Shown here piece after piece: positions 24,401 to 36,576 of a DNA stretch of 64,000 nucleotides. The notes under the pieces are model-generated. The model was given only the letters and a program-made list of their open reading frames with translations. It searched no databases and was not told where the DNA came from. How positions within the stretch are numbered: position 1 is the first letter of the stretch; each line of letters begins with the position of its first letter. Source of the DNA: Camelus dromedarius (taxonomy: Eukaryota); NCBI RefSeq assembly GCF_036321535.1, contig NC_087437.1, positions 23,872,001-23,936,000 on the forward strand, read 5' to 3'. The position numbers were made by a program, and so were the translations under genes.

Positions 24401-26875
24401 TAATCATAAACCTCTAACACCAGGGAGAAGGAGGAACAGTGCAGGTGATATCCCGTTATGGCTCCACAGTTTATATAGGAAACCCTTTTGACCCATCTCT
24501 TGGGGGTCCTGAAATTTCTATCTTACTGCTTTCCAAAAGTATTAATGTAAAATCTGGAACCCACAGGTGAAGCACCTCAAATTTGGAAGATCCTAAAACT
24601 AGCTTTGAATTACTCATCCAAATTTTCTTCTTAATTGCCACAAAACAAGCCAGTTAACATTTTTCCTATAGTTCCAAGATAGGGATACATGTTCTTAATT
24701 ATTTTAGAAAAACGCTACTGCTCTAAAAACAGTCCCAGCATTCTATGCCTCTCACATCCTGTGAGTAATGAAAATTAGATCCTAGACTCCTGGGAGGGGA
24801 GGAATTAGACACAGGGAGTGGAGAACACAATATTGCTGAGATAAGTCACAAAGTAAATAATCTCCATGTTGTTCAGCTTATGTTTGCAGGTAAATTTTAT
24901 GCATTTAAAAGAGGTTAACATCTAAGGGCAAAAATATTTCATCTGTTTAACTGTGGTTTTGGTAAAAGACAAGCAGAGCAAAAACAGAGGGGCTCACGTA
25001 CATAGGCGGCCAAGATGTTGGTGAGGATCGGAGTGCACCAGTACACCATACGTCCAGGACAGAGGGTGGACGTGGAGTGGCTGAGGCTGTTATCAATGCA
25101 AGGAAGCTGGTAACAGAGAGTCTTCCTATAAAGTTCCACTCCTGTGTTTTAGATTTAAGAAATCAAATATGCTCAGAACCACACTGGGATAGCATTTACA
25201 GTAATCCTTGAAGAAAAACATAGATATACATCAACTGAGCCAGCTGAGAGAGAGGTGGTCAAGTGCTCTACAAACCTAGCAAGTAAACCAAAGAGACCAA
25301 AGAAACATAAACTCATCTTTATGTCAGTTATCCTGGTTTTGTTGCTTTATTACTCCCAGAAAGTCCTGAGGCTGTAGGGAGGAAGCTTGGCTCATTCAGG
25401 GGAATGAAGATCTGGGGGTTACAGAGCAAAGAGGGAGAGATCATTAGACAGCAGGATGGAGAGGTGGACAGGGGATAGTTCTTATGGGTTTCCTGCATCT
25501 CTACCTGCTCTCTAGGCTCTCAAAGGCCAGGGCATGGCCTGTCTCGTCAGGACAAGATGTTTAACTGGTGCTTGTTGATTGAACAGTGTGTACAGTATTA
25601 TTTCACTCCCTTCAGTCCGAAAGAACAGTCGTAACCTACTTTACAGATGTGAAGGATGATTATTCTGTGACCTAAACATTTTACATGCCACTTCTATCCA
25701 ACTGCAGACACCCACTCACTCCCTTTTCATTTATTTTTCATTTCCTTGTGTTTGTTCAATATTCAAAGCCCTACAAATTGTCATATTCACCCAGGTGGTA
25801 TTAAGATAAAGTCCCTTTTGCTAAGAAAGTTCAGGGTAGAAAAAGGGGAACCTGAGTCTCCCGACACTCCACACTAAGCAAGTGACACTTAAACTAATAA
25901 ATGAGGAAGCTAAACCCAGGGAGATTAATGGTCACTTAATGTTATAAGCTCACTAACTAGCCAATATGAAAGATTGCTCAAATTGCTAAACTAGGAGAAA
26001 CACTTCCTGTTCCCCAAACTGTGAGGTGGCTATGCCAGAATTTCCAGGAATAACTGTCTAAATAAAACCACATGGGAACCAGACAGGGAGCTTGGAGAAG
26101 CAGGGACTTGGTCAAATACTAAAAATAATAAAGCTAACGTTTAGTGAGTATATTCTGCAGTGACAGACCCTGTCTGATAAAGTCAACACGTCATACTGTA
26201 ACTCCTGTAACTTTCGATCGTTACACAATTTCAGAGATGATCAAGGAGGAACATGTGGAAGGAACATGCTGCTCAGAGTAAGCAGTAGAGGCAGCTTCAA
26301 GTCAGGCAGGTGGACTCCTGAGCTAATGGTTTTATCCTCAATGATAAACCGCCTGTGTCTTCCCACTTCTGGCGTTCCAGGGCGTCTAGCATAGTTTTGG
26401 CTCCAGCCATAGCTGTCATTAATACTTACTGTTCAGGGACAGCTAGCAGGTTCTATTAATCGTCCCTTCTAATACCCCCAAAGTGCTGGCAGACTCCCCT
26501 GAGCCCAGGTTCTGCCCATGATCCAGCGCTGTGAAAAGATGTTCTAAGCAAAGTGCAGCCTACAAGGCGGTTTCAGGCAGGAAACACGTTGGCCTTGGAT
26601 AGGTCCTGAGACTGGCCGGGGTACCTCTGGGCCAGCTGGGCCCCTCGCTGGATCCCTGCTGTGCTTCTGAGGTCGCTTCCGGAAGCCGCTGGGACCCAGC
26701 CCCTACCCTCTACCCCAAATCTGGGAGAAAATACAACCCGCCGGCCCTCGCGCCCCTCCCTCCTACGTAGCCCCCAGCGCCCCCGGCCCGGGCTGGGAAC
26801 CCGCGCAGGGCCGGCGCCCGGTGCCCTCGGCGCCCCCGGCGCCCCCGGGGGGAGGCAGAGCGCGCCCCCGCCCAC

Positions 26876-27070
26876 CTGTGGCTGCTGCCGCTGCAGCGCT
26901 CCCTGCCGTGAGACGAGTTCCGGAACCCGGGCGCCGGCCGGTGCTCTCTTCCCTCCAGCCCTTGGCGTCCAAGCGAGCGAGCTTCTCCCGCAAGTCACCA
27001 GGAAAGAGGCTTCCCAGCGACCGCGGGGCCGAGGCCCGTGGCTTTTGGTTTCGTTTCCTAGATTTTAGGT
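26876..27070 (-). other. PLSCR1: PLSCR1 non-coding exon 1 (5' end approximate)
   Basis: Donor gcagccacag|gtgggc inside the CpG island; no minus-strand ATG in the exon; contains the ISRE. Confidence 0.65.
27047..27058 (-). promoter_or_regulatory. Interferon-stimulated response element (GGAAACGAAACC)
   Basis: GGTTTCGTTTCC on +; PLSCR1 is an established ISG with an ISRE in its untranslated first exon. Confidence 0.82.
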
Positions 27071-27859
27071 GTCCACAAGGGCTTCCTGTCCCCCTCCCGC
27101 GCTGGCACTTCCGCGGCGCTGCGGGAGGGCCTGAGACTTGCAGGCGCGGACCCGCTGCCCCGCTCCGTCTTTGCCCCTGGAGAGACTCCAAAAACGTTGG
27201 TTCTGGGGTTCAGGGCTACGAGGAAGTGAGACGTCGAAACCAGCTGGAACTGGGAACGTCACTAACACGGGAGTGGCCGCCTCCGGGTGGACCCTGGGTG
27301 CCCGGCTCCGGAATTTTCCTTACTCGGGCCGTGACCTTCGTACCTTAGAATCCCGTTGCTTTCAAGCCAGGAAGCAGGGGGCGGTAACGAGTACAAATGA
27401 GGCGAGTCAAGCATTTTTTCCCTTAGAGTACGTTTTCTCCTTCGCTCTCTTGCTCGCTCTCTCACAGGTGATGTTAACTCCTCTGTAGAGTCCGATCACC
27501 CAGATGTGTTTAGAATGTTTATTCTTTCCGGCGCCCCTACAGGCAAACAGGCACAGTTAAAAAAAAAAAAAAAAGGTTGAACTCAAATGAAGGATTCATT
27601 GTTGTTATTTTTCTATTCAAGTTTCTATTTATCAAAGTAACACATGATCTTTCAAGCAATAAAGCTGAATATGGAGAAAAGAAGTGATACGTATTTTTAC
27701 ACACCCCTTCCTCCGCTGCTTTTCTCCTTGTTGTACTGTTAACAGACACTTGAAATTTATCAAGGGAAGAGGTAGGTGGGAGGAGAGGGGAAGGGAGTTG
27801 GAAGTAAGGGGAATAGAGATCAAAACTGAGAAAAGATGGAAAGAGGAGGGAGGAGACCA

Positions 27860-28050
27860 TTTAGGTTAGAAACCCTTCTCATGTCTGTGACTTGGTTCAA
27901 ACTACAATCTCCGCCTCTTTTTAAACTTGTAAAATGAGGGTATTACAATTATCTACCTCGTAGAATTTTTATGAGGATTAAGGAAGTTTAAATACACCAA
28001 AAATTTAGGGTTATGCTTGCTACAGAGTAAGCACTCAATAATTATTATAT
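27860..28050 (+). mobile_element. MIR SINE
   Basis: ctgtgacttgg...tgtaaaatgagggtatta...tatctacctcgtagaa...tgaggattaa...gtaagcactcaataa. Confidence 0.65.
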
Positions 28051-28214
28051 ATACAAATATGTATATACGTACGTAGGGTTGTTGTTGTTTGTTTTTTTTT
28101 TTTACACAAATAGGATTCTTTTATGCAAGCTCTTCTCTGATATGCTTCTTTCACCTTACAGTGCATCTTGGAAATCACCTTGCCTTTAATACAGAACTAT
28201 GTCCTTGATTTAAT

Positions 28215-28851
28215 TGATGCAGGAAATACGGGTGTAGGGTGTGAGGAGGGCTGAGTCCCAGGCTTTGGTTGAGCCCCTGCGATGTGCCCCGCCAAGTGTG
28301 GGACCTTGGCTTCGCACAGGAAAGAATTCAAGAGCGAGCCACAGTTCAGTAATGGTAGATTTATTTAGAGAGATACATCCAGGGAAAAGAAAGGCCCTGA
28401 GGTGTGGGGGTTGGGTGCTCAGATTTAGAGTAAAGTTAGGTATACACTCCATAGACAGAGTGTGGGAGGTCTCCGAATGGAGGGAGAGAGAGGCAGCGGC
28501 TGCAAGGCACCCTGTTGCCAGTTTTTATGGGCTCAGTGGCTTCATATGCTAATAAGTGGAAGGACCAGTCTAACTAGTCTGGGGAAGGGGCTGAGATTCC
28601 TAGGAAGTTGGCCATTTCCCACTCTTTGACCTTTTGTGGCTAGCCTTGGGACTGTCATGGCACCTGTGGGCATGTTATTCACCATGCTAATATATTACAA
28701 TAAGCATATAATGAAGCTCAAGATCTACTAGAAGTTAAATCTCCCATCATCTTGAGCCTCAAGACCTACTGGGGGTTGAATCTTTCACCATTTTGGTGTT
28801 AATTGGTGTAACATTCCCTGAATGGCTGTGCCCTGCCCCCTTCCTTTCTCA
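28215..28851 (-). mobile_element. ERV1 solo LTR, MER41-like (637 bp), TSD TAAT
   Basis: TG...CA termini flanked by TAAT (28211-28214 and 28852-28855). The minus strand carries a CATAAAAA TATA-like box, AATAAA (28365-28360), and blocks resembling MER41 (cattatatgcttattgtaatatattagcatg, gccatgacagt, ctctgtctatggagt, ctcgctcttgaattctttcctgtgcga). Confidence 0.85.
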
Positions 28852-28859
28852 TAATCAAG

Positions 28860-29950
28860 CAGGTGTAGTTAGTTTCCAGTTTCACAATTACAGATTATTC
28901 TGTAGTCATAATCCTTGCACATGTCTTTCTGCACACAGTGTAGAAAACCTATCATTCTGTTCTGCCAATAAAGTGTGGGAATGCTTGTTTTACCACCTCA
29001 CTCCACTTCTTAAGTATCAATTCTAAATGTTTGCTACTCTGATTGGCAATGATTGCTATTGTTTTTATTAATTCTGATTGTTTAGTGATAATGAGCAATT
29101 TTTCATGTGATTACTGAATATCTTACCATTTTGTTCTGTGATATATCTGATGTTTCATACAGAGTTTTCTTTTGGATTTTGATATTTTTCTCCCCGCTGA
29201 TTTGTTGTAGTCTACTGTGGATTGAATCCCACATCTGTTAAATAAGGTACAATTCTTTTGCCTAGTGAGTCTTTGTCTTGTCACTTATTTAAAGTTGCTT
29301 TCACAATACACAGTTTTGTTTTGTTTTGTTTTTCAGATTTTAATGTTTTATTTTCACTTCTGACTGCTGGGCTTTGCATCTTATTTTAGAAGGCCTACTG
29401 TACCCCAGAATATCCAATATAATTTCTTTCTTGACACCTGTTTATTCATAATCGCCAAGAAGTTGCTATTTTTCTAGTTATTATTCTATTATTTATAATT
29501 GTATTGTGGTCCAAGAAGGTATTATGAATAGTTTCAGTCATTTGAAATTTTTTGAGACTTGCATTATGGTCCTTCAGTACACAGCCAATTTTTGTACATA
29601 TAATTACTTAAAAAATAAGTGTACTTTTCATTTGTCAGGTATGGTATTGTATTTTTTATATTAGGTCAGTTTATAAATCATGCCGTTCCTTTAGCTGATA
29701 TTTTGTTTGCTTGTTCAATCAATTATTCAGAGGAACATTAAAATCACCCACTATAGTTACAGATTTAATCTATTTCTTTTTATCTTGACTTTTTCCCATA
29801 TATTTTGTGGTAAGGTGTTTAGCCAAAACTGAAAGTGGTTATATTATCCTGATGAGATGCATCTTTGTCATAGTGAAGCATTCCTCTTTATTTCTAGTAA
29901 TGTTTTTTCTTTAAAGTCTTTTTTGTCCGAAACCAATGGTGTTCTTATAA
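28860..29950 (-). mobile_element. Degenerate old L1 fragments (L1ME/L1M-like); the element appears interrupted by the LTR (left piece ~28090-28210)
   Basis: T-rich L1-antisense motifs (agtttccagttt...gagcaatttttcatgtgattactg; ttgagacttgcattatggtcc). Confidence 0.5.
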
Positions 29951-30879
29951 ATAAAGATTTTTCCATACACCTGTTTTTCTCGTATCTGGCACCAAGGTCA
30001 AGTGGACCAAGTTTCCTCTATGCTCTTCCTCCCACGTGGCAGGGTTTACTTCTGTTTCATGCTGCAAGATGGTAACTAATGAGCCCAAATTTTAGTGAGA
30101 GTCTTCTATTAGCTTTTCCTCCTTGATGGACCTGAAATTTATCATATGTTTTTAATACTTATGCAGCAAAGTTTTCCAGTGTTTGCAGAAGCTTCTGCTT
30201 GTGGTTTAACTTTCTGACTGCTGATTATCTGCTGCAAGAGGGGTAGGACAACTGTAGTGATCCACTACCTTCTATTTTCAATGTTATTTTTCAAACTCCT
30301 CCTTGGTGAATTTTTTTTTTTTTGAATCTCTAGATGTTTCTGTTCTCTTTTAAATGGAAGAAATCTCTTATACCTTGCTTAGGGTGGTATATACCATTGC
30401 CACATTCTCTCCATGGAGATGGTGAAGGAGGGTGGGTGAATATGCCTCCGAATATCAGCTTTCAAGCATTTCTCATTTTGATTTCCGATTTTCAACTTTC
30501 TTCTCCCTTTTATTTGAAATCACTAAGTCCTTAGTCTCTGGGATTCTGTAGAGGTAAATTGGATCTCCTTATTCTGACATCCCTCTTTACACACTTCTGA
30601 CTTCCCGTGTCTTGCAGTAGTTACCACATCTGCCTCTTTGTTCCGTTTTCTTAAATTTGTCAAGATTTTATTCCCCTGTGTATATTAACATCTTTTTTGT
30701 TGTCTGTGTGATTTTTATAGCTTTGGGTTTTTGGTTTGTTTTGTCTTCTTTTAACTGTTTTTGCTTCAATTTTTACTAGGCTCTCTGAAGAAAAGTACTT
30801 TTAATTAGAAAATATCTAGGCATAGTATAAACTATTAGTTGCCGACTTAGAACTCAGCATCCTCTTTTACATGGTAAAT

Positions 30880-31066
30880 AGTGGTTTTCAAATTTTAGCA
30901 TGCATCAGAACCACCTGAAATTCTTGTGGAAACTCAGTTTGTGAAGCCCTACCGTGAATTTTTCTGAATCAGTAGGTTTGGAATAGAGCTCGATAATTTG
31001 CTTTTCCAATAAGTTCCCATGTGATGCTGATAATATTGTTCTCTGGACCTGACTTTGAGAACCACT
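30880..31066. mobile_element. MER5A DNA transposon
   Basis: Terminal inverted repeats agtggttttcaaa / tttgagaaccact; internal gcatcagaaccacctg and ctgaatcagtaggt. Confidence 0.8.
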
Positions 31067-31229
31067 TGGTAAGGGAATCCTATTTTGGTCAAGTACTGGG
31101 GAACAATGTATTCATGGAACAAGCGTCCTAACCCAAAGGATGAATTTCCATTAGTAGATAATCGTAGTGACACCAGCCTGCCTCCTTTGCCTGTGATTGG
31201 TGCACATGTGGGAATATTACTCAGATTTG

Positions 31230-31930
31230 GTAGAATAAAAGAAAATAAAGATCATTTTAGTGACAATTCCAGATACACAAGAGTACTATCCTGAAAATTA
31301 GTGAGATAATGTTTAATGAAATTAGAAAGGAGGAGATGTGTTCCAGAGGCAGGAAAAATAAAAAGATAGGTGCTGCTTAGAGACAACAGGTTTGGGAGAG
31401 GGAAAGGGAAGGGAATTATTTTAAGAATGTCTCCATTTTTAACAACTGGGTAGCTGATGGTGCAGATATGTAGAGATCACAGAATGATATTAAGAATGGA
31501 ATCTAGTTAGATTTGTTGGGTGTGAGATGGCTGTGGGACATGAAAGTGGAGCCAATGGGTAGATAGTTACGATATTCCTACCTACTTGTTGAGAGAACTT
31601 GAAATATATCCAGTAATTGAAGTTACCGAAACAGGTGGACCCACACCATTGAAATTTTGCAGCATGAGCAGTGGGTCTGGAATGCAAATGAGAGACACCA
31701 GGATTTCAAGAGCATGAGCTCTGTATCCTTTGCTTAAAGAAAACTGAAAGGAAGGAAGAACAAAGAAGGCTATGTAAAACAGAAGTGTAATGTTCCTGAA
31801 ACTAAGGGGGAGGAGACTTTTATTGAGGAGATGATCGATGGCCTCACAGCTGCAGGAAGTGAAAGAGGTTGCGGTTGTGATTGTGAAGGCCGAGTCATGC
31901 GCTGAGGTCTTAAGATCGTTTCCTTTTGAC
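31230..31930 (-). mobile_element. L2 fragments
   Basis: Purine-rich L2-like motifs (gatatatccagta...gagcagtgggtctggaatgc). Confidence 0.4.
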
Positions 31931-34900
31931 TGAATGACAAGAAGGAAGTGCTCATACAGACTTTCTGGCAGTGTCTAATTTATTGTGCCCTCCACTTCGT
32001 CAGTTCCAGAGGGAAAGGGAAGTCACTAAGCAGAAAATAAATCCCACATTCTTATCTATAATCCGAAGCCTTGTAGGTGGATATTAGCAAAGTGGAAAGA
32101 AAGTAGGATCTTACTCTGTAATTTCATGTTCCTGTGGTGTACTAGGTAGGAGAGAGGGAGAGGGAGACGGGGAGAGAGGTGCTGAGAGCTGTTTCAGGGA
32201 GCAGCGAACATCTGGCCAGGCTGCTGCATCAGGTCACCTTGAGAGGTGGCACAGAACTAAATCTTTTCATGAGGCTTCCACTTGTAGCTATAGCTTTTTC
32301 AGTCATCATCTGATGAGCTTATCTGTTCTGGTTCTCTTTGCACGAGTCAAACAATGTTCACTTATCCAAAATCCAAACTAGCAAAACAAAACCAAATAGT
32401 TCAATTGGGGGCCTAAATTTTCTACTTATTTAGACATTTTAAATAACCATCTAAAGACATAATCATTAGGTTTAAAAGAAAATCCAGGAAATCTAAGCAC
32501 AAAAGAGTTTTTTTTTTTTTTTCTTTTTTAATATACATTTGTCCTGGCTGTCAAAGATGTAAAAGTTTCCATAGGGTCTAACAAGTAAAAGGCCATTACG
32601 AATCTCAGCAAGGACAATTTTATTGAAATGTTGGGGATGGAAACTACATTTCAGGGATTTGCAGAATAAAAAGGAAGGCAGTTTAATACAGACAATAAAG
32701 TTTATGATTTTTTTAAAGTAAATAAAATGACTGCTAATCAAGCTTACTTAAAAGTAATTGTAAGCAAATACAAGATTATTAACCTTGACGATGCAATGGA
32801 AAACCCTAAAGGGGATCAAGTTCATTGGACTAACCCTTTGTTAACTGAAAACATAAACTTTCTTGGATGTATCAGGATCAAAAACAAGAGAAGAGACATT
32901 TTAATTAAACTCTAAGAACAATCAGAAACCCTGTTAACTGAAAAACTTCATATTCAGATTAAAAGGGCTCATGTTTATGAAGTACAACTATTCAGGTACT
33001 GAGTCAGGGGCTGAGCTTGAGTATCATACTCCTTTATGTATGCCAAGTCTGAACAGAACAGTAGTACATTACAAACAAAAAACCATAGAAGGTTAGTAAT
33101 GCTTTCATTTCCTTATTTTCCCATAAATCATTCTAATAATAATGTCATATGACAGTCTGAGTTCAGTATAGTTACTATATTGAATAAGATCAATAGATAA
33201 AAATCTCAGTTACTTAATTACTTTATCATGTTTGCCCTTTGCTTGCTTTTCTTCTGATCACATTACAGCTTATTTGTGTCGCCTACAATGGAGTCACCAG
33301 TGGAATGAACATTGAAAACAAGCAGTAACACGTGGCAGCCACTTATAGTTTGGTCAGATGTTCGCTCTGCTTTCACCAGTTCAGTATGGGTGGTAATTCA
33401 ACATTTTATCCTCATTTTTAAAAAGAGAAAACAAAGAAAACTTTAGTCTTGATCTTTCCAGTAATGATGTGCTATTAGTTATGTTTGTGTGTGTGTGTGT
33501 GGTGCAAGGAAGAAATTGCTTGGTACTGAAGCAATTTGAAAATTTGCAAACTGAGATGGTGAACTGAATTCATTTGCAAAGTAATATTATTTAAATTCGT
33601 ACCAGAGAAGGATTTGCATTTATTTATTTGGTCATATATTCATTTGTAAAGAGATGACAGTGAAGACAAATTTTCATAGCCATGAGTGATAAGCTAAATA
33701 TAGTGGTATTTCAAGGGATGTGATTTGCACTTATTAGTCTGGTAAACAGATTCCAAACCATCCCTTCAGTGAGGACTAAGTTTCTAATTCACTCTTTAGG
33801 CTTATAAGGTTAATGTAAATTAGTGCATTAAGAAATTAGGGATAATCTGGTTGTGTAGATGAGAAATTCAAACAATTCAGGATAGATGCTAATAGATTTT
33901 TTAAGCTCATAGTTGAATGAAATTTTTAAACTGGAAGTATATATCCATCATTTATCTTTTTTTTTTTCTTTTGAATCATCTCATGAGGATAAATTTCCAG
34001 GTGGATTTTGGGGTCAAAGTGCTTGATCATTTTAATTCTCTTCATATATCTTGCTAAAATCTTTTCCAAAAGAGTTGTACCAAATTAGCTTCCACCTGAA
34101 CATGTATTTATATTTCTACTTAAAGAATGAAATATATGAATAACAGGTTTTTTTTAAATGAAAACTGATACACATAGTGTTCATTAAGTTTTAATTTAGA
34201 CGGCTAAATCCAATTCTAATGATACAAAATAGTTTTGATGAATGTCGTCTATATCTATATAATTTTAGAATAATGAATTCAATTAAAAACTTTCTTCAGA
34301 TACATAAACAAACTTTATTTTGGTATGCCTAATATTCATATAAGGCAATTAGAAAAGCATAAATATTTTGAAAAGGAAAGTCAAACAATTCTATGTAGTT
34401 GTCATTTATATAAGAATATGACTTAATATAAAGAAAAATTAGGATAGCAAATTCCCAATGGTTTGTGCTCTTGTTTTTTACTATCTTACTGTCTTCAAAA
34501 CTCATGTTGTAATATGTTGGAAAACAAGAAGATTATTTATTGTGATTTAAGAGAGGACTCACGTTCAGTGTTCAAAAAATGCTCATAAGGGACCTATGCA
34601 GGACTGATATGAAGGAGAAAAGTAACAAGGTGCCAAGTCCAAGTGATGATTCTAGGGTGATCCATTATAAACCTAGGGTTTTCTTGACACTTCCATATTT
34701 AGATATTCTTAGAATTTTTGTGTTCAAAGAAATGTGAGATCCTTTAGATCAATTTATTTTTGAAGATGAGGAAACCAAGGTGCTAAAAGTTCAATTTGGC
34801 AAAGTAATATATAGAATTAGTGCCATGTGTATAAATAACAAACAAATTCTACAGATTCATGTTCAGCGTTTTTTTTTTCAATCAAATTGCAAAGTGATAT

Positions 34901-35532
34901 TATATAGAAATTTTATAAAATATATAAATAAGAATATATACCAATCACTAATAAGCTTATCACACATTAATAACCACTATAATGTAATGTATTTCTTTCC
35001 AGTCGTCTTTGTATGTGTAAGTATATGTGTATTTTTAATAAAATCAGGCTCAGACAGTTGACACAATTTAATATCCTGTTTTCATTTAGTGTATAGAGAT
35101 TATTTCCTTCAAAAATCTATTCAAAGTTTGCATAATATCAGGTAATAATTGTCATGATTATATTTTATTATTTATTAGTATATAAAAGTCTACATCAAAC
35201 ATGTGAGCCTCTAGAGTGTGTTGAGTGGGTTAGAGTGCCAGGTATGAAATTATTAAGTATCAGCACTATTGGCCCTTGCCACTGAATATGTGTACAGAGT
35301 GAGACTAGTTTACGTGGTAGTGAGTATTCAGATATTTAATTTATGCCATTTATGTTATTTGCTTGTAAATAGAATGTAAGAGGAAATATGCAGCAACACA
35401 CTTTCTGTATTTCAGTAGCTAGTTGGGCAGTAATACTAGTTTCAGGTAAAACATTACATGGCATAGCCAAGGCTGGTAGTTAGCAGTTACAGTGTGTAGC
35501 CTTCTGCAATTCTACTCATAGGTTGGGCATTT

Positions 35533-36110
35533 ATATTAGATTCTTATTGCTGCTGTAACAAATTACAATAAAATTAGCAGCTTAAAATAACACAAATTGT
35601 ATTTCATAGTCTGTAAGTCGGAAGTCAGGGTTGGCTTGACTGGGTTCTCTGGTCTAAGTCTCAAAGGCTGAATCAAGAGCTCTTAACTGGAAGCTCTGGA
35701 AAGAATCCACCTCCAAACTCATTCAGGTTGTTGGTGAAATTCATTTCATTGTGGTTGTAAAGTGAGGTCCTGGTTTCTTTGTTGGCTGTCAGCCCAGTCC
35801 CTGCCCTTAGCTCCACATAGGTCCATCCATACATCTCAGGCCATCAATTGTGTGTTGAATCCTCCTCATGCTGAGAATCTGACCTCCATCTCTGCTGCAT
35901 CTTTCTTACTGCCTCTTCTTCCTCTTCTGCTTCTTAGGCCTCATGTGATTGCACTGGGCTCACCTGGATAATCCAGGAGACTCCCTATCTTAAGATGAGC
36001 TGATTAGTAACCTTAATAACTTCCCCAGCCCAACCTAGACAAGTATTTGATCAACTAACCAGAGGATGGAAAACTGGGGGAGAAACCTTTAGAAATCCAT
36101 CAACCTTAGC
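35533..36110 (-). mobile_element. MaLR LTR (MLT1 family)
   Basis: tattgctgctgtaacaaattac...agcttaaaataacacaaat...ctcatgtgattgcactgggctcacctggataatccagga. Confidence 0.75.
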
Positions 36111-36576
36111 ATTTATTCTGATTACTTTGGTCTCATGCCATCCCAGTTACACTTTTGGTAATCATTCCTGAATCTAAACTAATACAGACAGCAGTGAGAT
36201 GTGGCATAACCTTACCAGTCAGCCCAATTCCTTTTCTCACTAATCTTGGTTGAGAAAGCACCACTTACTCCTCTGTCATGGTAGGTATTAAGGTCCAAAC
36301 TTGGTAGTTGTGGCTGGTTTGTGGACCAGTCCTGATCTCCACTCAGTACTTTCCAAGAAGTTCTGCAAGGCTGACTCTCTCTGAGAGGCCAGACTCTCAG
36401 AAATCAAGCAAATTAAACTTTATCATCTGTTGATACTTTAAGCTTTGAGATTTGGAAGAAAGCTGCTTGTTTATTTGATATTATCCTTGGGCTCAAAGAT
36501 AATTAAGAAATACAGGTCTTCTTTAGCTCCAAATGACGTCAATAGGTCTCAGTATGGTGTGCTGTGGAGGAAATTA

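Larger units (their letters stand above)
502..27070 (-). other. PLSCR1: Phospholipid scramblase 1-type gene, 9 exons (exon 1 non-coding); CDS join(21415-21403,18751-18671,15855-15590,14276-14234,11530-11310,9804-9643,3065-2904,555-502) = 1002 nt, 333 aa
   Basis: All exons are bounded by AG/GT with consistent phases. The translation runs MNKQNAQMNAPYPG...[31 protein letters not shown]...CCFPCCLQE...[34 protein letters not shown]...GVW*. Its position directly downstream of PLSCR5 on the same strand matches human PLSCR1; some artiodactyl annotations may call it PLSCR2-like. The TSS is approximate and the 3' UTR continues below 502. Confidence 0.9.
26600..27540. promoter_or_regulatory. CpG island / PLSCR1 promoter with GC-rich motifs, ETS motifs (CACTTCCG ~27107, GAGGAAGT ~27220) and a kB-like GGAATTTTCC (27310-27319)
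   Basis: Sharp rise in GC and CpG content against an AT-rich background, upstream of exon 2 on the minus strand. Confidence 0.88.

Noticed and set aside
24990..25115. CpG-containing patch with gcggccaagATG and a short ORF (MLVRIGVHQYTIRPG...)
   Set aside because: Only 32 codons; no poly-A, TSD or recognisable parent gene to support a retrocopy
26573..27488. Several overlapping 116-175 aa ORFs on both strands
   Set aside because: Stop-poor GC-rich CpG island; Ala/Pro/Gly/Arg-rich translations with no recognisable domain
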